Virus record (IMG/VR): IMGVR_UViG_3300034523_000174
Span: 1-64,000 of that record
Length of the DNA stretch: 64,000 nucleotides
From: a virus
Strand: one strand, 5' to 3'
Under the pieces are notes generated by a model. That model was not told the DNA's origin and did no database searches. It saw nothing but the letters and a program-made list of their open reading frames with translations. Shown piece after piece: positions 44,059-53,484 of the stretch. The translations under genes and the position numbers were made by a program. Positions within the stretch are counted from its first letter, which is position 1; the number at the start of each line of letters is the position of its first letter.

Positions 44059-46606
44059 TTTAGCTGAAAAGCACTTTAGCGCTATGGAGTTAATGCGCTT
44101 TAGCGCTGAGCTATTGCAAGTGCGCGCCACCCTGGTGGCGGACAAGCTAAACCCACTTGAGCGAGTGCGGTATAGCGCCAGAGGGTTGGAATTACGGGGC
44201 TTGCTGGGTTCGGCTGGCGTATCCCGCCGACCACAGCGCCGCCGAAATGCTGGCGCAGCGCCTGAGCCGCTACCGGCCGCGCCCACGCAACTGATAACGG
44301 ACAAGATCCCGCAGAAAAACGGCGGCGTCCTGGTGGTCGGTGATCCGGAGGCACTGGATACCTACGCCCGCACCTATCTCGACCAGGCCAAGTACACCAA
44401 GGCGCCTACCGGGTTGCTGCTGACCAAGAGCCAGGCGCGACTGGCGCAGTACCTCCCGACCAGCCAAGAGGTATTGCCGTCGGGTGCGGTGATTTACCGC
44501 TATGCCGATGGCGGCGTGGCGGTGGCCTTCGAACGAGAGCTGTCGGGTATTGCCAGTGACCTGGCCGACCTCAAGAGCCAGATGGGGCAGCGGTGGGGTG
44601 CGGAGAAATACCGGGCCGTCTTTGGCGAAGACGCGGCACCGGCGGATATTGCGGCCTTCCAGGCAGAGCAGGACGCCATTGCGCAGCGTAAGGCCGAAAA
44701 CGCCGCCGCTGCGATTGAAGAGGCCGAGGCGCCGCAACGGGAAAAGGAGGCGGCTGAGGCGCTGGCCAAGGTACAGGCCGAAGAGTTGGCGCGTATCCAG
44801 GCTGAGCAGGATCAAGCGAGCCGCGAGGACTTTGAAAAGACTATCGGCGTCGGCAAGGCTGAAAACCCGATCTATCAGGCCTACCTGGACACCCTAGAGA
44901 CGCTGCCAACCTATGAGGACGGCAACTCTGCATTCCTTGGCTGGGCAACCCTGCGTGCTGGCGAGTTTGAGCGCCTGAGCAAAGGTCGTGTATCGGCCGA
45001 CAAGGCTGGCCATCTGGCTTATGTGCGTCAGTGGGCAGATGAGCATCTTTCGGAGCGCGTGAAGTCCGGCGCCCAAGAGCCTGCCCCGGCCACTCAACAC
45101 GAAATCATTGAGTACACCACCAAGCGCGGGAAGGTTCTGCGCGGGATCATCCGCACCGACTTGAGCCAAGCCCAAGCCAAGGCCATCGACCCGTACACCT
45201 GGCGCATGAATGGCGGTTACTTCATTCGCGAGCAACACCTGGACGGCGATACCGCGCATATCCAGGCCGCACCGGCGCCGGTCGTGCTCTCTCCCGAGCA
45301 GCAAGCGGAGAAGGCCGCCGCTGATGAGCGTCTGGCCGAAGAACGCCGCCAGAAGGCTCTTAGCACCCAAGTCGAGAAGCTGCGCGCGGTGGCTGACAAG
45401 GCCGTTGAAGGGGGTGAGGCGGATATGGGCCGGGATCGGCTCACCAACACCGCCAGACGCGCCGGTATGGCCGCCAGCGCCATCGCCAAGGCTGCCACCA
45501 ACAAGGCCGACGGCCTGACGCTCAACAACATCGCGGACGCTATCGAAGTCGGCGCTGCTGGCCTGCTGACCAAGCTCAGCAGCCGCGCCCAACTGGAAGA
45601 GCTGCAAAGAGCGTTGCGCCTGGCGCAGTACGAGACGGATCGGCGCCTGAGCTACAGCGAGCAGCTGAAGCGCAAAGGCCGGCCGTTCGATGAAGATGAT
45701 TTAAAAAATGTCGTCATGCCGAGCCAGGTAACGTGGGCGAACCGCTTCAATGACGCCGCCAAGATCATTGCCAAGAAGAGCCCGACCGGTAATGCCCGGC
45801 TTATTGCTGCCCTGTACAAGATGGGCGCCCGCGCCGAACGCTTCACCATGAACCCCGAGGACGCCGCGATTACCCGAAAGGCCTATGACGTGCTCAAGGG
45901 GCTGAAAGAGGGGTACACGCTGCAAGACGCCGTGGAAAGCCTCGCCCGCCAGGATCGTCTGGCGCGTATGGGCATCACGGACGCATCGACCTTGCGCGAA
46001 GCCGCACGCGAGCTGCTGCCGATGATGGTTGCAAAGACCGAAGAGAGCGCCGTCAAAAAAGCAGAGCGGGCAATCATTGGCCAGAAGGTCGGGATCGACT
46101 TTTTCCCAACGCCTGCAAACGTGGCGCAGCGCATGGCGCGCCTGGCGGGTATCAGTAAAGGGACGCGAGTACTTGAGCCAAGCGCCGGCAATGGCAACCT
46201 GGCAGATGCTGCAAAGGCCGTCGGCGGCGAAGTGGACGTTATCGAGATATCCAGCCAGCTACGCGACATCCTGACGGCCAAGGGGTACACCGTCGTCGCT
46301 CATGACTTCGACGACTTCACGCCCGAGCAGCCATATCAGGCCATCGTGATGAATCCACCCTGGAGTTCTCGCAAAGACGCCAGCCAGATCATGCGCGCCT
46401 TCGACATGCTGGCCAGTGGTGGGCGCCTGGTGGCGATTGCAGGTGAGGGCGTATTTTTCGGCCAGGATCAAAAGGCCGTGGCTTTCCGCGAATGGCTGGA
46501 CACTCACAACGCCACGGTTGAAAAGCTGGAAGGCGGTACATTCAAGGACAAAGACCTGTTGGCGCAAACCGGCGCAAACGGTCGAATTATCGTCCTCAAA
46601 AAGTAG
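44051..46606 (+). CDS. large virion-cargo-like protein with C-terminal N6-adenine methyltransferase
   Basis: DFFPTP, VLEPSAGNG, NPPW, GGRLVAI motifs. Confidence 0.85.
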   Translation: MTDLAEKHFSAMELMRFSAELLQVRATLVADKLNPLERVRYSARGLELRGLLGSAGVSRRPQRRRNAGAAPEPLPAAPTQLITDKIPQKNGGVLVVGDPEALDTYARTYLDQAKYTKAPTGLLLTKSQARLAQYLPTSQEVLPSGAVIYRYADGGVAVAFERELSGIASDLADLKSQMGQRWGAEKYRAVFGEDAAPADIAAFQAEQDAIAQRKAENAAAAIEEAEAPQREKEAAEALAKVQAEELARIQAEQDQASREDFEKTIGVGKAENPIYQAYLDTLETLPTYEDGNSAFLGWATLRAGEFERLSKGRVSADKAGHLAYVRQWADEHLSERVKSGAQEPAPATQHEIIEYTTKRGKVLRGIIRTDLSQAQAKAIDPYTWRMNGGYFIREQHLDGDTAHIQAAPAPVVLSPEQQAEKAAADERLAEERRQKALSTQVEKLRAVADKAVEGGEADMGRDRLTNTARRAGMAASAIAKAATNKADGLTLNNIADAIEVGAAGLLTKLSSRAQLEELQRALRLAQYETDRRLSYSEQLKRKGRPFDEDDLKNVVMPSQVTWANRFNDAAKIIAKKSPTGNARLIAALYKMGARAERFTMNPEDAAITRKAYDVLKGLKEGYTLQDAVESLARQDRLARMGITDASTLREAARELLPMMVAKTEESAVKKAERAIIGQKVGIDFFPTPANVAQRMARLAGISKGTRVLEPSAGNGNLADAAKAVGGEVDVIEISSQLRDILTAKGYTVVAHDFDDFTPEQPYQAIVMNPPWSSRKDASQIMRAFDMLASGGRLVAIAGEGVFFGQDQKAVAFREWLDTHNATVEKLEGGTFKDKDLLAQTGANGRIIVLKK

Positions 46607-46628
46607 GTTCGAAACGCGCGAAAACCAT

Positions 46629-46669
46629 GCAAACCCCCGCCAAAAACGGGGGTTTTTGGCCCTTACCAT
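46629..46669 (+). promoter_or_regulatory. putative late promoter/terminator (GCAAACC-N28-TACCAT)
   Basis: Motif plus hairpin AAACCCCCG/CGGGGGTTT with T run. Confidence 0.7.
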
Positions 46670-46722
46670 CATTTCTGAAACTAATCGGGCGCAGCCCACC
46701 ATTATCAGAAATGAGGTAACAC

Positions 46723-48408
46723 ATGCCTACGAACATTTACGCGCCCGGATCCGGCTTGGGTGAGGTTGCTGCCAAGGTTGGTGCATTGGTCGGTGCTGCG
46801 CGCGGCAACGACAACATGCTCGACAGTCTCAGCGCTCCAGCCATGGATGCCGTGAAACTCGCCGTAGCAGACGCCAAAAACCTGCTGCCTGAGCGTATGG
46901 CTCGCCTGCTGGACAAGATCGAGGGCGAGGGCAGTCGCGCGTTGGCCGTTACCAGTATGCTGGACGGTATCGCCAGCTTTCAACGCAAGTGTGGTTTCTC
47001 CCCGTCCGCCGACATGATCGACGCGGTAATCTCCCAGGCGGAAAACCTGGCAGACGGCAAAGCTACCGACGTGCTGCCGCACGGAACCACCCTGGACAGC
47101 ATCAGTACCAACAATGCCTCGGCCACCCTGTCGCACCAGCCTAACCGCATCGCGGTAGCTATCACTGGCGGCCTGAGCGAGGCGATCCCGTTCGGCGCCT
47201 ACCTGCCATCCGACCTCAGTTCTAACGAGTCGAAGCTGGCCATCATCACCTCGATTGCCGGTTCGAACTTTGGCGCGTACAAGTCGGGCGAAATCATCGA
47301 CGGCACTTCCGGCGGCCGCGAATACACCCGCTCCGAACGTGTTGTGGACGTTACTGTTGACGTAGCACGTACCGGTGGCACTTTCGCCATCAAAACCCAG
47401 TCGGATGGTGGCGGCGCTACCGTTCCATTGCTGCGTGGTCGTACCTCGATCACCGCCAACGGCTTCCCGGTTGCTTTCGAGCAAACCAACAACTCCGGTA
47501 CAGACAGCTCGCTGATTTCTGGCCAGTTCAAGCAGGGCGCACAGTCTTACGTCATTACCGGTAGCGTCAACGTCGCCACCGGCGCCGGCACCCTGACCTT
47601 TGCCCCAGCCCTGGCCGCTGATATTGATATCGAAGCGCAAGGCTTCATCGACTTCGAAAGCAAGCCTGAGCTGGCGCCAAATATCGGCACCATCGCACAG
47701 AGCTACAGCCTGTACTGTGCACCGTCTCGCCTGATCATGCAGGCCACCCCGGATTCGCGCAGCCAGTCCCAGTCGGAATTGGGCGCCGACCGCCTGACCA
47801 TCGCTGTGCAGGCCGCTCGCACCCAGCTGGCGAACGAGCGTTACATCGCCGCGCTGCATAAGGTCCGCAAGCTGGCCAAAAACACCAGTCGCGAATACGA
47901 CTTTAACGCTGCTGAGCAACTGACGCTGAAAACTCGTGCGGACGCCCTGCGCGACCTGGGCTCGTTCGTGTCGGCTGTTGACCAGGACGTGGCCAACCAG
48001 ACCATGGAATACGGCCTGAGCTTCATGTACGTCGGTTCTAAGGGCATGTCCCAGTTCCTGACCATGGACGCCTCGGACTTCACCCCGTCCGGCCTCCAGT
48101 CGAAGCCAGGTATCTGGCGCATCGGCCGCTACAAGAACAAGTACGACGTGTACTACACCCCGTATGTCGTCCAGGAAACCGACACCGATATCGAAATCCT
48201 GTGCATCGGTCGCTCCCCGCAAGTGGCGCGTAACCCGATTGTCTTCTCGGATGCGGTATCCCCGACCCTGATCCCGCTGGCGGTGAACTCGGATCTGAAA
48301 ACCGGCGCGGCGCTGTTCTCCCGCCAGCTGACCGAAGTGAACCCGCACAAGCCGTCGTCGTTGGGCTGCGCGCTGCTCACCATCAAAAACGTGTACGCAC
48401 TGGGCTAA
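46723..48408 (+). CDS. major capsid protein precursor (P1 gp23-like)
   Basis: 561 aa; strongly biased codons; upstream of the sheath gene; N-terminal propeptide-like region. Confidence 0.85.
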   Translation: MPTNIYAPGSGLGEVAAKVGALVGAARGNDNMLDSLSAPAMDAVKLAVADAKNLLPERMARLLDKIEGEGSRALAVTSMLDGIASFQRKCGFSPSADMIDAVISQAENLADGKATDVLPHGTTLDSISTNNASATLSHQPNRIAVAITGGLSEAIPFGAYLPSDLSSNESKLAIITSIAGSNFGAYKSGEIIDGTSGGREYTRSERVVDVTVDVARTGGTFAIKTQSDGGGATVPLLRGRTSITANGFPVAFEQTNNSGTDSSLISGQFKQGAQSYVITGSVNVATGAGTLTFAPALAADIDIEAQGFIDFESKPELAPNIGTIAQSYSLYCAPSRLIMQATPDSRSQSQSELGADRLTIAVQAARTQLANERYIAALHKVRKLAKNTSREYDFNAAEQLTLKTRADALRDLGSFVSAVDQDVANQTMEYGLSFMYVGSKGMSQFLTMDASDFTPSGLQSKPGIWRIGRYKNKYDVYYTPYVVQETDTDIEILCIGRSPQVARNPIVFSDAVSPTLIPLAVNSDLKTGAALFSRQLTEVNPHKPSSLGCALLTIKNVYALG

Positions 48409-48420
48409 CAGGGGGCTGTC

Positions 48421-49038
48421 ATGGCTGCGAAGACTGGCGTTAAAGCGGCGGTGAAAACCGCTGCTGCTAAAACCGCAGCGGCCCCCAAGACCCCGGAAAC
48501 CGTGGAGAAATCCACGGCCCTTCCGGGCGTTGGTGCGCCTGCTGATAACACCGTCCCACCAGGTGGCGAAAGCGAGACGGCCAAGGCCGAGCGCGAAGCT
48601 GCGGAAAAGCTCATGGACGAACTGCGCGAAGAGGCCGAGCGCCTGAATCGGGAGTGGGACGACAGCGCCGCGCGCTTGCTGGCCGAGCAAATGGGCCTGC
48701 TGGAAGACGAAGCCCGCGCGGAGGATTTGGAGCGCGCCGAGCGCCTGAAAACCACGCAAACCACCCCCGAAGAGGGCGCCGCCGGTGCCGTAACTTTGAT
48801 CGGGTGGGCGCTTCCAGAAATCAGCGAGTTTCCGGCCACTGTCACCCTCGAAAACCACACTCGCAACCGCGTCCCGGTGGCCGGCGCGAACATCGGCCTG
48901 GCCCCATATGAGCGGGTTGAAGTCACGGTTTCACAGGAGCAGTTCGCCAAGCTCGCCAAAGCGCTGACCAGCAGTGCGCGGGCGCACAAGTGGGACAACC
49001 TCAAAGGCTTGCAGGTGAAATATGACCGTAAAAATTGA
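48421..49038 (+). CDS. virion-associated protein (paralog of 49022..49348)
   Basis: Low-complexity N-terminus; C-terminal domain aligns with the next gene. Confidence 0.7.
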   Translation: MAAKTGVKAAVKTAAAKTAAAPKTPETVEKSTALPGVGAPADNTVPPGGESETAKAEREAAEKLMDELREEAERLNREWDDSAARLLAEQMGLLEDEARAEDLERAERLKTTQTTPEEGAAGAVTLIGWALPEISEFPATVTLENHTRNRVPVAGANIGLAPYERVEVTVSQEQFAKLAKALTSSARAHKWDNLKGLQVKYDRKN

Positions 49039-49348
49039 TCGACAGGCTGGTAAAGCCCCGCGCCCACTCGTTGAGGCGTTGGTGGCAGGCCAGCAGTATC
49101 CGTTCCTGGCGTCGTTGACGCACATGAACAAAAAACCGGTGGTGGTCCCGTCCTCGGGCATCAATACCCCAATTGCACCAGGTGAGCCGGTTCAAGTGAA
49201 GGTTAAGAGCTTCGACCAGGCTTGGCTGTTGGTCACGGACCTGGCTGAGCTGGCGCACCGCGCTGGCAATGACGCCGCCGATTTTGCGGTGTTGGCAGCC
49301 CCCAAGGTCGCCAAGGCCAAGGCCGTCGAAGCCCAGGAGGCTAAGTAA
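49022..49348 (+). CDS. virion-associated protein
   Basis: Between capsid and sheath genes. Confidence 0.7.
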   Translation: MTVKIDRQAGKAPRPLVEALVAGQQYPFLASLTHMNKKPVVVPSSGINTPIAPGEPVQVKVKSFDQAWLLVTDLAELAHRAGNDAADFAVLAAPKVAKAKAVEAQEAK

Positions 49349-50994
49349 TGACTATCCCTTTTTCCCGCTCCATTGATAAGCGTTCGGGCGTACAGCTCAA
49401 CTACATCAATGACATGTCGGAAATGCCGAGCACCAGCACCGTGGCGCACAACATGGCCATTACTGGTCGTTTTGCCCGTGGTCGCACGGACAAGGTGTTT
49501 GCGGTTTCTCGCGACAAGATCAAGCGCGTGCTGGGTTCTGCTCAGTCGTTGTCGGTAAGTGCACTGGGTGAGCCCTATGTGCATATCTATGAAGCGCTCA
49601 AGAAGGGCACCGTTCAGGCCATCGTTTCCCGCCTGGTCAGCGCCGACGCCACCAACAAGCTGATGGTTGCCACGGCCGCTGTTGCCCCCGCAGAAGGTCA
49701 GCCGGCGCCACCGGTCTGGACGCTGGTGGACGAAGCCACGGGCGCCACCGGTACCTACCTGATCGCCATCAAGCATTTGGAATGCTTCTCCGACGGCGTT
49801 AAGGCCGAGATTCACGCCGACGCCGCAACGGACGCCGAGGGCGAGCCTGTCGCGTCCAAAATCATCACCCTGCAACTGCGCGACGTGGCTACCAACGCCA
49901 TCGTCCTCGGGCCTTACAAGGGCTCGCTTGATCCGGCGGCGCTCGATGAGTTCGGCCAGAGCAATTACATTGCCGATATCGTGGCGCAGTACACCGACCT
50001 GCTTCAGGTCGTCGACGTACATGCAGACGCAGAGGTACCAGTCGCGTGCGTGTTTTACGGCAAGAAGGACAATAAGGATGTCTATGCATCGGCAGCCCTG
50101 AATTACTTCACCGAAGGCTCTACGCTGTACACCACCGAGGATCTGGACGCCGCGATTGACCGTATCAAGCGTTCTAAGCCGACTTTTACTTACATCGGCG
50201 GTGGCGGTACCGAAAGCCTGGCGCTGATTTCTCGCCTGTTGGACCTGGGCAAGCAGATCAACAAGCAAGTGGTTTGGGACATTGCTGGTCGCTTCACTCC
50301 AGAAGCCGCCGCGACCTTCTACGCTTCGGTTGGCGGTGCGACTGACAGCCTGTACAGCCAGTGCTATTGGGCGCCGATCACGGCCACCAACCCGGTGGTA
50401 GGCGGTAAGGCCTATATGGGCACCTCGGGCATGAACATCGGCCTGCGCTGCGCTCGCAACGCACAGACCAACGCCAAGGGTATCGCCCCGCGCAACGTTG
50501 TGATTGCTGGTAGTGACTTCGCCGTCGACCGTACCAGCATGGTGCAAACCTATGAGCCGTCGGATGACGAACTGGAAGTGCTTGCCGCCAGCCGGATCAA
50601 CCCGGTTATCTACAAGGACTACGCCAGCGGCGGCAAATACGCCTGGCTCGATTCCTTGACCGGCGCGCAAACCGAAGGCGCTACCAAGCTGATCGCAGTT
50701 GTTGAAATGGCAACTTACGTCGACGACACCATTGCCTCGGCGGCTCAGGAAGCTTTGCAGAAGCCTATGGCCAAGGCCATCGAGAAAACCACGAAGTTCA
50801 TCGCCACCTTCCTGGAATCGCTGCAATCGGCTAACTGGCTGCAACCAAGCGAAGCCCTCGACGGTGCCTGCTACCAGGCCACCATCCAGGCGAACGCCAA
50901 CCAGCCTTTCGAGAAAATGAACATCGATACGGCCATCTGCTACGACGGTACGGCTCGCATCATCGTTCAGCAGCAGTCTATCGTCCGCACTTAA
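49348..50994 (+). CDS. tail sheath protein (P1 gp22-like)
   Basis: G.F.RG....F, RINPV and D.LT motifs; 548 aa. Confidence 0.88.
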   Translation: MTIPFSRSIDKRSGVQLNYINDMSEMPSTSTVAHNMAITGRFARGRTDKVFAVSRDKIKRVLGSAQSLSVSALGEPYVHIYEALKKGTVQAIVSRLVSADATNKLMVATAAVAPAEGQPAPPVWTLVDEATGATGTYLIAIKHLECFSDGVKAEIHADAATDAEGEPVASKIITLQLRDVATNAIVLGPYKGSLDPAALDEFGQSNYIADIVAQYTDLLQVVDVHADAEVPVACVFYGKKDNKDVYASAALNYFTEGSTLYTTEDLDAAIDRIKRSKPTFTYIGGGGTESLALISRLLDLGKQINKQVVWDIAGRFTPEAAATFYASVGGATDSLYSQCYWAPITATNPVVGGKAYMGTSGMNIGLRCARNAQTNAKGIAPRNVVIAGSDFAVDRTSMVQTYEPSDDELEVLAASRINPVIYKDYASGGKYAWLDSLTGAQTEGATKLIAVVEMATYVDDTIASAAQEALQKPMAKAIEKTTKFIATFLESLQSANWLQPSEALDGACYQATIQANANQPFEKMNIDTAICYDGTARIIVQQQSIVRT

Positions 50995-51004
50995 GGGGTA
51001 TCAC

Positions 51005-51733
51005 ATGGAAAAGTTACTGCAAAACGTACTCGCCACTGGCGCCGCGATCAGCAAGGCCTACGCGAGCCCGGCACCGGAATCTCAGGCGCCAAACCTGGCG
51101 CTGTCGGGCCTCTCCGCTGCCATGCTCGACGCGCTCAATCCGGACAATGCGCCCGCTGCGCTGTTCACTGACGAAATGCGCCAAGAAGCGGTAAGCATCG
51201 TCCAGGAGTGGGCTGAGTCGGAGCTGGAAACCGGCGAAGGCTATGGTGATCGTCTTTACGCACTGATCGTTGGCAGCGCCACCGATGGCGATGAAGACAT
51301 GAGCGATGACGAAGCGGAATACGCCGCCTCCTTGGCTGAGCTGGTGGGCGACTACCTGGAAGGCAAGGGCATCGACGCCGGCGACGTGGAATCGCTGCTG
51401 AGCGATGATCCGTCGTTTGACAATGACGTGGCCGCACGCATTCACGATGCGCTGCTGGACAAGCTCCCACAGGGCGAGGACGCCATGCTCGATGACGCTG
51501 ACAAGTTCGTCAGCGGTGACGACGACGAAATGCTCGATGCGGTCTACAAAAAGGTCGTGGCTATTCGTGGCGGCAAGAAGGTTCGCATCAAGAAGCGCAT
51601 CAGTGGCCGCGTGCGGCTGACAGCAGCGCAGAAAGGTGCGGTGCGCAAAATGCAGCGCAAAGCCTTCTCGGGTGCGGCGAAAATGAAGCGCGCCAAGTCC
51701 ATGCGCTTGCGCCACCGCCTGCTCGGTAAGTAA
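51005..51733 (+). CDS. bipartite acidic/basic head-core or scaffold-like protein
   Basis: Acidic body with MLD motifs; 64-aa K/R-rich tail. Confidence 0.7.
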   Translation: MEKLLQNVLATGAAISKAYASPAPESQAPNLALSGLSAAMLDALNPDNAPAALFTDEMRQEAVSIVQEWAESELETGEGYGDRLYALIVGSATDGDEDMSDDEAEYAASLAELVGDYLEGKGIDAGDVESLLSDDPSFDNDVAARIHDALLDKLPQGEDAMLDDADKFVSGDDDEMLDAVYKKVVAIRGGKKVRIKKRISGRVRLTAAQKGAVRKMQRKAFSGAAKMKRAKSMRLRHRLLGK

Positions 51734-51736
51734 AAC

Positions 51737-52918
51737 ATGGCTGACTTTAGCGTAGACAGCCTGGGTAAAACCGTCTCTTCCAGCATCAAGGGTGTTACCG
51801 GGACGGTGGCCGGGAGTACGTCGAACAAGCTGCTAGGGTCAGCCACCAAATTCCTGGGGAACGGCGCCGCTGGCGCCGCTTCCGGCATCCTTACGGCCGG
51901 GGTGTCACAGATTGACGGCCTGGTGGGCGGTACCGCCAACCGTAAGGCGATAGAGGGCGCAGTAAGCACCGTCACCGGCACGGTGTCGGATCTGTGGTCA
52001 GGCAAAACGACGATTGGCCAGGTATACGACGACGCCTCAAGCAAAGTCATGGGCTTGGTCGATGGCGTCAAGTCGGGCGACCTTGAGGGGACTGTCGGCA
52101 ACATTATCGGCGGTACCAGCTTGGCCATACCGGGCTTAACGTCGCTCAGCTCTGACCTGGGTGGCGACTGGGGCAGTCTTTCGCCCCTTTTCTTGGCCCG
52201 TATATTCGTGTGTGACGCCAAGGGCGTGGCTGACATTCAGGAGTTTGCTGGGGTGTATGGGGCGCTCAAAGAGGGCTCGCTTGAAATCCAGCAAAACTGG
52301 CAATCCCCGTTTGAGAACACCGGCCCGGAAACTAAGGCGCCAGCGCTGGCCGGCATGCTGCAATCGGGTTCGCTGGTGCCGGTCCTTAATGCGCTGCAAG
52401 CCATTTCACCGTTCAAAGAAGGTGCGATATCCGACACGCTCAATGCCGGCTCTGACAAGCTCAAGAGCATCATGCGCGACCTTGAGGGGCGCACCGGGAT
52501 AACCAAGCTCAACTCCCGCCAAGTTTTCTCGGGCATGCCACCGGTAAAGATCAACCTCACGCTGCACTTTCGGGCGATGAGCGATCCGTTGAAAGAGGTG
52601 GAGGCGCCGTTAACGCGATTGCTTGAGTGGATTTTCCCGCAAGAGCTGGCGGCCGACGGGATCCTTTCGGAGGTACTGCAAACCACTCAGGACGTGGATT
52701 CATTCATCAAGGCGCTGTTTCCGTCCAAGGCACCCAAACTACTGGGATTCACCTACGCGGGGCGGACCTTCTCCCCCATGGTGATCGAGAGCGTCAATTT
52801 TCCCTTGGATTCACCGAAGAATTCACAGGGCTATTACATCGACCTGCCAGTACAGGTGTCCATGGCCACGCTTACCGCGCTCGACCGGCCGGATATCAAG
52901 CGTTTCTTTGGTCGATAA
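51737..52918 (+). CDS. baseplate/tail-tube initiator-like protein
   Basis: NWQSPFE, NSRQVFSG.PP, PMVIESV..PLD.P; late operon. Confidence 0.6.
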   Translation: MADFSVDSLGKTVSSSIKGVTGTVAGSTSNKLLGSATKFLGNGAAGAASGILTAGVSQIDGLVGGTANRKAIEGAVSTVTGTVSDLWSGKTTIGQVYDDASSKVMGLVDGVKSGDLEGTVGNIIGGTSLAIPGLTSLSSDLGGDWGSLSPLFLARIFVCDAKGVADIQEFAGVYGALKEGSLEIQQNWQSPFENTGPETKAPALAGMLQSGSLVPVLNALQAISPFKEGAISDTLNAGSDKLKSIMRDLEGRTGITKLNSRQVFSGMPPVKINLTLHFRAMSDPLKEVEAPLTRLLEWIFPQELAADGILSEVLQTTQDVDSFIKALFPSKAPKLLGFTYAGRTFSPMVIESVNFPLDSPKNSQGYYIDLPVQVSMATLTALDRPDIKRFFGR

Positions 52919-52933
52919 CAGGCCGCAAACCCT

Positions 52934-52974
52934 GCAAACCCCGCCCCGAAGCGGGGTTTTTTACGTGTGACGAT
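52934..52974 (+). promoter_or_regulatory. putative late promoter/terminator (GCAAACC-N28-GACGAT)
   Basis: Motif plus hairpin AAACCCCGC/GCGGGGTTT with T run. Confidence 0.7.
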
Positions 52975-53008
52975 TGCCCGGAGTGTTCCATTCTCCAGAG
53001 GGTGATTT

Positions 53009-53482
53009 ATGACCGTTTCCAGTTTGGCGGTATTGAGCCGCACGTTTCAAAACACCAACGATATCGGGGCCAAGGCTGTCCAGGCGGACGCCACCATGGT
53101 GATCGAAGGTTTCGAAGACATGATGTTGCTGTGCAAGCAATTCCCATGGGGCGTGGCGACCTCGGGCGGGGTGGTTGAATACTTCGGCCCGCTGGGTCAG
53201 AAGATGGGTCAGCCGGGGCAAGTCAAGACCATGCAGGAAGGCCCGATTCAGATTTACGAAACCCGCAAAAACCACGCGGGCGAGTTCCTGAAAAACCTGA
53301 TCGCCGCCGGTGGCGAATTCAACTGCACCGTCTACGCCGGCCGCCCGGATGATTACACCAAAAAAGAAGACTACAAAAAGTGCATGTTGGTGATGGACAC
53401 CCCAGATCGTGACTGGGAGAACGACATGCAGACGTTCGTGCTCGCCGGCACCATGACCTTCCACTGGTTCGGCAACCAGTAA
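53009..53482 (+). CDS. tail tube protein
   Basis: 157 aa; own late promoter; tube-like size and beta-rich pattern. Confidence 0.65.
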   Translation: MTVSSLAVLSRTFQNTNDIGAKAVQADATMVIEGFEDMMLLCKQFPWGVATSGGVVEYFGPLGQKMGQPGQVKTMQEGPIQIYETRKNHAGEFLKNLIAAGGEFNCTVYAGRPDDYTKKEDYKKCMLVMDTPDRDWENDMQTFVLAGTMTFHWFGNQ

Positions 53483-53484
53483 TC

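Noticed and set aside
46705-48858. 717-aa minus-strand ORF (also 49192..50844, 13767..14711, 21296..22234 and similar)
   Set aside because: Antisense shadows of codon-biased GC-rich genes.
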